Origin: Mobula hypostoma
Taxonomy: Eukaryota
Direction of reading: 5' to 3'
Assembly: GCF_963921235.1 (NCBI RefSeq)
Contig: NC_086100.1
Coordinates: forward strand, 202,928,001 to 202,992,000
DNA: 64,000 bases
Under the pieces are notes generated by a model that was not told the origin of the DNA, made no database searches, and saw only the letters and a program-made list of their open reading frames with translations. The translations under genes and the position numbers were made by a program. Of the stretch, positions 59,701-64,000 are shown piece by piece; the stretch's first letter is position 1, and the number at the start of each line of letters is the position of its first letter.

Positions 59701-61105
59701 CTGCAGTGCTTAATACAGCGTATTTACAGTCCATTTCCTTTAAAATAATTTATGATAACTTTTCCTATCTTGGTGTGACTATTACAAAAAACCCAGATGA
59801 CCTTTTGCAAGTGAATTGGCGAAACAAAGTTGAGCAGGTTAAACGCAATGTTGACTTTTGGAAAACTCTTCCAATTTCTTTGGTAGGGAGGGTTAATGCA
59901 ATCAAGATGATTGTACTGCCACGATTTCTTCATCTTTTCCAGTCAATTCCATGTTTTATTCCTCTGTCATATTGTAAGCAATTGGATTCAATTATTATAC
60001 CCTTCATTTGGAATTATAAAGCCATTAGAATTACTAAAAAACACTTGTCAAAGCCCAAGGAAGCAGGTGGTTTTGCCCTACCAGACGTTAAAATGTATTA
60101 CTGGGCTGCCCACCTATCCACTCTTGCATGGTGGGAAAAAGGCCCACTCTCTACCTCAGACTCGTGCCCAGCATGGTTACTCATAGAGCGAGTGCTTTGT
60201 AAGAAGACTTCCTTACCAGCTCTCCTTAATAGCCCCACTGCAGTTAATCAGTCACATTTTAGTAACAGCTTCGTGGTTGGCAGCAGTATAAGAATTTGGA
60301 AGCAGATTCAACTACACGTTAAGGCCCCAAAAACTTACATTGACACTCCAATCTGTAAAAATCATTCCTTTTTGACTGGCCTGAATGATACTGTTTTTTC
60401 CACCTGGAAACAGAGAGGCATCTGTAGTGTAGGTGACCTATATACTAATGGAAACTTTGCATCATTTCCACAGTTACAAGCAGTTTACAATATCCCTGCA
60501 TCTAGTTTTTTAAGATATTTACATATTCAAGATTATGTTAGGAAATATATACCTAACTTCGAGGTTGTAGACAAACATGAGTCCCTGGAGGCAATAAATA
60601 AATTTGATCCTGTTACTCGTGGTGCGGTATCCTATTTTTATCAGATCCTACGTAATGGAGCTCGGGTGAATACTGCAGGCCTTAAACAGGCGTGGCTGGG
60701 GATGAATTGGGTATAGAGCTGATGGAGGAGGTCTGGGATGAGTGATTACAGCAGGGGTGTCAAACTACCGGCCAGTGGGCTGCAACCGGCCCACGAAGGG
60801 GTCCAATCTGGCCCGCGGGATCTTTTGGGGAAAAAAGTATATTCACAACCATTTATTATGTATCTGTACGGCAGTCGCTCTCTCTCCCACCACTGTCTGT
60901 GCCGCCTGCCGCGCCGGCGGCTTGTTGTGTGTACTTAGAAAACAATAGGTGGCAGTTAACCACCCGCTGTGCATAAGCACCTACCACCCTGCACTGAAGA
61001 CCACTGGGGCCCCACTTACATCGTCAGACACAGTATAAACACACAGAGTACTCAGGTAAGTAACACCTGTAGCAAGGCTGAGACTGTTTGCTGCTGTGGT
61101 TCGAA

Positions 61106-63358
61106 ATGCTTTCCAAAAGAAAAGTTGGCATCGAAGGTCGGATATTCAATGATAATTGGAAAGATCGTTTTTCCTTCTATGAGGTCAACGGCAAACCTGA
61201 GTGTCTGATATGCTCACAACAAGTGGCTCTGGGAAAAGAACAATATCAAATGACACTATGAGACGTCACACGGAGAAAAATATGACAAGTACGCAGGACG
61301 GCTCAGAACGCAAAAGGTAAACGAGCTTGAAGCAGCTCTGGAAAAACAGCAATCATGTTCACCAAAAGTCGAGAGTCTCATGATGGAGCTGCCAAGGCCA
61401 GCTATATCATTGCCAACAAAATAGCCGCTGCGTGGAAGCCATACTCAGAGAGGGAATTCATCAAAGCATACATGCTGATGGCGGCTGAGCTGGGGTGCCC
61501 TGAGAAGAGACAGGCTTTTGGTACTATCAGCTTATCAGCTTGTCAAGAAATGCTGTGGCAGACAGAATCGGGGACCTTGCAGGAGATTTGAACAGTCAAC
61601 TAAAAGACAAAGTGAGGTCATTAATTGCCTTCTCTATTGCAATTGATGAGAGCACCGACGTGACTGATGTAGCTCAATTGGGAATATTTATTCGTGGTGT
61701 TGATGTATCTTTGACCGTCACCGAGGAGTTTGTGGAGATGGTGCCCATGACAAACACCACAACGGCGAACAACGTTTTCTCCAGCCTCGTCGAGGCCTTG
61801 GACAGACTGGGGGTTGACTGGAGTCACGCTGTCAGCGTGGCAACAGATGGCAAACCGTCCATGGTCGGGGAAAAGGCAGGTGTTGTTGCGAAACTCAGAG
61901 AGAAAGTTCAGACAGGGAATCCAGAACAGGAATTCTGGAATTTTCACTGTATTATACACCAAGAGGCGTTATGTAGCAGGAGCCTGAAAATGGACAATGT
62001 CATAGATGTAGTAACCAAAACGGTTAATTTGACACTTTTTGTTTGCAATTTATTTTTTATTGAAGTTCATCATCAAACAAAACTTTCCATAAGATGTATT
62101 TCAAATACTGTACATATATATCATATAGTCATGTTTGTCACAAATCTCCACATAATATTTATCTGAGGTATACACTTATAGAAAGGAGAGGAAAGAAAGA
62201 ACAATCTAAAGAAGAAAACTAGGGAGTGATCTCTTTTTTACAACATATTCATTGACTTGTGAGAATAAAATCAGGCCTATGAGGTGTTATGTAGTTCAAC
62301 CATTTTTCCCAGTATGAATAAAATTGTTCCAACTTATGATTAACAGATGCTATTATCTTCTCCATTTTGTAAATATCCATTGTAATTTCCATCCATACAT
62401 TTAAAGTTGGGTTCTCCTGTGATAACCATTTCCTGGTAAGGGTCTTTTTACCAGCCACCAGCAGTACATTAATTAAATATTTATCTCTTTTCAACCATTC
62501 TTGAGGTATATACCCAAAGTAATATTGGACACGGCCTACCCTACCACACTGAAGTCCGTTGGTTGAGCAGAGGGGTTGTGCTCAAACGTTTTTTTTCAAT
62601 TATGTGCCGAAATTGGACTATTCATGAACGAGAAAGAGAAACCTGTGGCAGAGTTGGATGACCCAGATTGGCTTCATGATTTTGTATTTTTGGTGGATAT
62701 AACAGAGCACTTAAATGTGCTTAATTTTAATATGCAAGGCTGCAACAAACATGTTACGGAATACTACAACAGCATTTGTGTCTTTCAAATTAAATTAGGA
62801 CTGTGGGAGATGCAACTATCCCAGAGCAACCCAGCTCATTTCCCCTCTTTGCAGTCTGTGCGTGTCGCTCATGGGAATAATGACAACATGGACAGGTACA
62901 AGGAGAAAATATCACTGCTGAAAAGTGAGTTTCAGAATTGTTTCCAAGTCTTCACTCAGCTGGAGAAGGAATCCTCACTATTTTGCTTGCCGTTTGCCGT
63001 CAACGCAGCATCAGATGTGCCGAAAGAACTCCAAATGGAACTAATCGAAATTCAGTGTAAGTCGGCTTTGAAATATAAATTTGAGACTGTGGGTCAGGAC
63101 TCATTCTATCAAAACCTGGGACCGATATACTCCAAGATGACAGACTTTGCCTCAGAGATCCTTTGCATGTTCGGGACAACATATCTCTGTGAACAGGCGT
63201 TCTCCATAATGAACATTAACAAATTCAAACTGCACTCACAGCTGACGCACAGACATCTAAATGACATTATGAAAATCACAACTGTCCAGAGACTGGTCCC
63301 TGATGTTGACAGGTTAGTTAAAGCCAAGAGATGTCAGGTGTCTGGAAGCAGCAAGTGA
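61106..63358 (+). pseudogene. hAT transposase, frameshifted and interrupted
   Basis: MLSKRKV...F...W...KPECLIC (BED-like); SIAIDESTDVTDVAQL; TDG.PSM; HCIIHQEALC; HTEVRWLSRG; FGTTYLCEQAFS dimerisation motif. Confidence 0.88.
62036..62520 (-). mobile_element. L1-type LINE 3' end inserted in the hAT transposase
   Basis: ORF 62249-62494 (LLVAGKKTLTRKW....PTLNVW...YKMEK...YWEKW); AATAAA and A-rich tail on the minus strand at ~62036-62062. Confidence 0.8.
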
Positions 63359-64000
63359 AAAATGAGTGACACTGTTCGATGCACTGCGACATGTAAGCAA
63401 AATGCATTATGAAATATTGAGTGTCATAACATTGTGATTCATCATTCATTTTCTGACTATTCTATTATTGTAAATGTGAACACTTCAATAAAAATTAGAG
63501 GCTAACTCTGTTCATTGTCTGAGTTTGATCGCTGGAAACAGGCTAATAAAATTTAGGGCCGTTGTGTAGCCTACATTTACAATTTGTTTCGTTAGGTCTA
63601 CATTTGTGTCTGCTAATGTTCAATTTCAAATGGTCTATTAATGGAAAGGGTGTGGCTCCCAAATCAATCTTAGCCATAATAGTATCGTTTTTTTCTCTCT
63701 CTCATCACAACTTTCGTGTAGCCTACGGCTATAAGTTAATGGCAATCATAAAAATAATGCCTGCTAGGAAATCTTCTTCACAAGAAACGAAATTCGGAAA
63801 GTGAAACACTTTGTAGTTATAGCAGAGACTGAGACACATGAGAGCAGGTTGAAAAACGAAGGCAGTGAAAGCTGTGGGAGCACACGCGTGCACAACTGAT
63901 CCGGTCCGTGTGAAGTTGCAGTTTGCTCAATCCGGCCCGTGACCTAAAATGAGTTTGCCACCCCTGGTTTAAAGAGCATACATGATCGTTCGGGCAACAT

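Larger units (their letters stand above)
60752..63966 (+). mobile_element. hAT DNA transposon (Charlie/SPIN/GTF2IRD2-like), both ends present
   Basis: TIRs CAGGGGTGTCAAACT / AGTTTGCCACCCCTG (14/15); 8-bp TSD GATTACAG / GTTTAAAG (6/8, central TA). Confidence 0.9.
55033..64000 (+). mobile_element. L1-clade LINE, 5'-intact but decayed; runs off the window; interrupted by a PLE and a hAT
   Basis: 5' end GGGGGTCACGTG. ORF1 from ATG 55171 (coiled coil; RLHHYQVKELVLRLSR...VFIYPDL to 57083). ORF2 from ~57510: SWNVRGMN, FLQET, GGDFN, SRIDYF, SDH, YRPISLL, RGTRQGCPL, LYADD. Frame resumes after the hAT (LKSIHD). Confidence 0.9.

Overview
Eukaryotic, very transposon-rich vertebrate DNA. The repeat families suggest a cartilaginous fish, probably a ray; this is inference. 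The window lies inside a + strand gene that I recognise as FBXO41: one clear coding exon (37249-37459) and one probable small exon (54821-54900), separated by a ~17.4 kb intron. Almost everything else is nested mobile DNA: many CR1 LINE fragments; a 5'-truncated Penelope-like element (PLE) with an uninterrupted RT + GIY-YIG frame and a hammerhead-bearing pseudo-LTR; several miniature PLE derivatives, one a near-perfect palindrome; two near-identical CR1/RTE composites; Rex/L2-like LINE ends; a decayed Gypsy element with PNMA-like gag and an inserted solo LTR; a decayed L1 interrupted by a PLE and by a Charlie/SPIN-like hAT; and a ~3.6 kb 40-bp minisatellite. The most unusual item is a ~960 bp insert inside a CR1 (32845-33802). 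It carries a RAPGEF1/C3G-like exon fragment, its downstream intron and a CR1 3' tail, and looks like a partially spliced host pre-mRNA retrotransposed via a CR1 3' end. Gene identifications are from memory of the proteins and need BLAST confirmation. Boundaries of old repeats are approximate.
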